Of a stretch of DNA of 64,000 nucleotides, positions 61,325-64,000 are shown piece after piece (the first letter of the stretch is position 1; every line of letters begins with the position of its first letter). The notes under the pieces were generated by a model. It worked only from the letters and a program-made list of their open reading frames with translations. It was not told the DNA's origin and did no database searches. The position numbers and the translations under genes are program-made. The stretch comes from an uncultured Gemmatimonadaceae bacterium (lineage in GTDB: Bacteria > Gemmatimonadota > Gemmatimonadetes > Gemmatimonadales > Gemmatimonadaceae), in NCBI GenBank assembly GCA_963817955.1, contig CAWFQK010000001.1, forward strand, positions 96,001-160,000, in the 5' to 3' direction.

Positions 61325-61373
61325 AGGACCTCGCACTACCATCCCCCCGCCCCGACCAACGATCTTTCAGGGG

Positions 61374-62843
61374 ATGTCAAACGACGGAACCGAGCGACTC
61401 GCCGCACAAGTGCTTCGAGCCCGCGCGCAGGCGCGCGCTACCGGGCGCGGCGTGCTCGTGAGCGTTACGGAACAGGTCGCCGTTATCGACCCGTTCGACG
61501 CACTCGAGGCGCTCGCCAATGCTCCAGAGTTGCCAGCATCGGACCGCATGTATTGGACGCGTCCGGCTGACGCGTTCGCCATTGCCGGCGCCGGATCAGC
61601 GGCCACGCTCGAGCCCGCAGGCGCCGGTCGATTTGCGCTTGTGGACCGGGAGTGGGCGGCGTGGATGGACGATGCGATCATCGACGATCCATCGGGCGGC
61701 ATCGCCGGAGTCGGCCCGACGCTCATGGGAGGTTTCGCGTTCGATCCGGATGGTCCGTCCACCACTCGATGGCGCGATTTCCCGAGCACGCTCGTTACGC
61801 TGCCATGCCTTCAGATCACGGCAGCCGCCGAGGAATGTTGGCTCACGATGAACGTGATGGTGGCGCCCGACGGCAGCACCAACCCTAGCCCTAGCACCAT
61901 CTTGCAGATGGCGGCGCGGGCAATGGACATGGCTACCGAGCCCCGACCAGCCCCGAAGCCGAGCGTCGATGCCATCGCCTTCACCGACGAGCGTCCCGCC
62001 GCCGAGTGGCGCGCGCTCGTGGCGACGGCGGTGGCGGCGATTCATGCCGGTGACCTCGAGAAAGTCGTGCTCGCCCGTGAGGTGATCGCGGCTGCGCCAC
62101 GCGAGCTCGATGTAAACGCGATGGTGCGACATCTGCGCGCTGCGCACCACGGGTCGTACGTGTTCGCGATCTGGCATCGCGACAGCGTATTCATTGGCGC
62201 CAGTCCGGAACGTCTCGTCCGGCTCGACGGGCGCGACGTGCACACGAGCAGCCTGGCCGGTTCGATCGCCCGCGGCGAGACGCCAGAGGAGGATGCCGCG
62301 AACGTCGCCGCGCTGATGGCGAGCGACAAGGACCGTGAGGAACACGAGGTTGTGCGCCGCACGCTGCGCGACGCGCTGTCGGAGGTGTGCGATCAGGTCT
62401 CGGCGGCCGATGAGCCGTCGCTGCTCTCTCTGGCGCACGTACATCACCTGTTTACGCCCGTACACGCGCGCCTCCGCGTCGGACAGTCGCTGCTCCAACT
62501 CGTCGAGCGTCTCCATCCTACCCCTGCGGTTGGCGGCGCACCGCGCGACGCCGCGCTCGGGTTCATTCGTCTGCACGAGCAGTTGGACCGCGGTTGGTAC
62601 GCGGCGCCAATCGGCTGGATGCAACGCGGACGCGGCGAGTTCGCCGTCGCCCTGCGATCGGCGCTCGTGCGAGGAGATGCAGCGTCGATGTTCGCCGGAT
62701 GCGGCGTGGTCGCGGACTCCGAGCCGGAGCGCGAATATGCGGAAACGCTCATCAAGCTCACGCCCATGGAGGCGGCGCTCGCCGCGGCGCTCGGCCACGA
62801 GGCGACTGCATCCGCCGGCGCCGCCCTCGAGGACACGCCGTGA
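61374..62843 (+). CDS. menF: Isochorismate synthase
   Basis: KVVLAR, GASPERL, LAGS, KDREEH, LHPTPAVGG, RGWYA, AGCGVV and E..K. It lies upstream of menD. Confidence 0.92.
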   Translation: MSNDGTERLAAQVLRARAQARATGRGVLVSVTEQVAVIDPFDALEALANAPELPASDRMYWTRPADAFAIAGAGSAATLEPAGAGRFALVDREWAAWMDDAIIDDPSGGIAGVGPTLMGGFAFDPDGPSTTRWRDFPSTLVTLPCLQITAAAEECWLTMNVMVAPDGSTNPSPSTILQMAARAMDMATEPRPAPKPSVDAIAFTDERPAAEWRALVATAVAAIHAGDLEKVVLAREVIAAAPRELDVNAMVRHLRAAHHGSYVFAIWHRDSVFIGASPERLVRLDGRDVHTSSLAGSIARGETPEEDAANVAALMASDKDREEHEVVRRTLRDALSEVCDQVSAADEPSLLSLAHVHHLFTPVHARLRVGQSLLQLVERLHPTPAVGGAPRDAALGFIRLHEQLDRGWYAAPIGWMQRGRGEFAVALRSALVRGDAASMFAGCGVVADSEPEREYAETLIKLTPMEAALAAALGHEATASAGAALEDTP

Positions 62844-64000
62844 CGCCGCCCGATCGGGCGGCGTACGCGTACATCGGTGCGTTCGTGGACGAGCTGGCGC
62901 GAGCCGGCGTGCGGCACGTGTGCATCGCTCCTGGCTCGCGCTCGACACCACTGGCGCTGACGATCGCCGCTCATCCCGCGCTTCGCAGCTGGGTGCACCT
63001 CGACGAACGGTCCGCCGGATTCTTTGCTCTCGGAATGGCACGTGCGACCGGCAATCCGGTCGCGTTGCTCTGCACGTCGGGCACGGCCGCCGCGAACTTC
63101 TTTCCCGCCGTGGTCGAAGCGCGCAACGCCTGCGTGCCACTTCTGGTGCTCACCGCCGATCGGCCGCCGGAAATGCGCGACGTGGGCGCCGCGCAGACGA
63201 TCGATCAGAATCGGCTGTACGGCGAGCACGCCAAATGGTTCGTGAACGTCGCGCTGCCAGACACGACACCCGAGCTGCTGCGCTACGCGCGCACCCTCGC
63301 TGGCCGTGCCGCGGCAATGGCCACCGCGGCGCCCGCCGGACCAGTGCATCTCAACTTTCCGCTCCGCGAACCGCTCGTACCTACGGCCGTCGAGCCACCC
63401 ACCGACATCTCCGTTGGCGATCTGCTCGCCTGGCGCGGCCGCCCAGATCGCGAACCGTGGGTTGCGGTTGCTGACGCACTGCCCGATCTCGACGACGCCA
63501 CCACGCGTGAGATAGCCAAACGACTGAACGCGGCGCAACGCCCGTTGATCGTCTGTGGACCGCAGGCCGACCCGCAGCTCGGTGCACCGCTAGCCACACT
63601 CGCCTGCGCCCTCGGCGCGCCGCTGCTCGTCGATCCACTATCGCAGGTACGTTGGGGCAGCCACGACCACGCAGCGATCGTCGACCGATACGATGCGGCG
63701 CTCCGCGACGAGCGCACCGCGGCCAGGCTCGCGCCCGACGTCATCGTACGCATCGGCGGCCCACCCACGTCAAAGGCGCTGCTCCAGTTTCTCCAGCGCC
63801 ACGCGACGGCGCGGCACGTCATCGTTGACGCCACGCGCTGGCCGGATCCCACGCTGCTTGCCGCCGACGTCATTCATGTGGAGCCACGGCTGTTCTGCCG
63901 ACGGCTGCTCGATCATGGACTCGCTCATAAGCCATCGAGTGCAGAGTGGCTGGCATGTTGGCGCCGCATGAACGACTGCACGGCACGTGCGCTGGATGCA
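62840..64000 (+). CDS. menD: SEPHCHC synthase (3'-partial)
   Basis: GTG at 62840. FVDELARAGVRHVCIAPGSRSTPL, DERSAGFFALG, CTSGTAAAN, TADRP and GPVHLNFPLREPL. Confidence 0.95.
   Translation, partial: MTPPDRAAYAYIGAFVDELARAGVRHVCIAPGSRSTPLALTIAAHPALRSWVHLDERSAGFFALGMARATGNPVALLCTSGTAAANFFPAVVEARNACVPLLVLTADRPPEMRDVGAAQTIDQNRLYGEHAKWFVNVALPDTTPELLRYARTLAGRAAAMATAAPAGPVHLNFPLREPLVPTAVEPPTDISVGDLLAWRGRPDREPWVAVADALPDLDDATTREIAKRLNAAQRPLIVCGPQADPQLGAPLATLACALGAPLLVDPLSQVRWGSHDHAAIVDRYDAALRDERTAARLAPDVIVRIGGPPTSKALLQFLQRHATARHVIVDATRWPDPTLLAADVIHVEPRLFCRRLLDHGLAHKPSSAEWLACWRRMNDCTARALDA

Overview
High-GC bacterial chromosome segment, most consistent with Gemmatimonadota (inferred from gene content and style, not from a marker gene). 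1-31.2 kb is mostly core or housekeeping DNA: 2-oxoacid dehydrogenase E1 beta end, TerC, HNH, OsmC, EamA, M61 and M14 peptidases, a stand-alone LigD phosphoesterase, PAS-GGDEF, dinB, rsgA, proline dehydrogenase, an ECF sigma with a CBM48 anti-sigma, fadIJ, glpD, greA, deoxyhypusine synthase-like, LOG and queG. 31.2-47.4 kb is a decaying accessory region: two broken AAA-ATPase genes, an ArsR-ArsP-thioredoxin-CDF metal cluster, ADOP/PadR pieces, and several internally deleted genes. It ends in an uncharacterised helical-protein gene preceded by two different back-to-back 7 x 21-bp arrays and surrounded by hairpins, which is my best candidate for an undescribed system. 47.4-64 kb holds a GNAT, an aldo-keto reductase, a Cph1/Rcp1-like two-component cassette, two inverted copies of a heptamer-armed palindromic element flanking three genes, a large BNR-repeat protein and menF-menD. 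A related nested palindromic element lies at 4.26-4.73 kb. I saw no rRNA, tRNA, CRISPR array or transposase. All family calls come from motif recognition by eye, without database searches.
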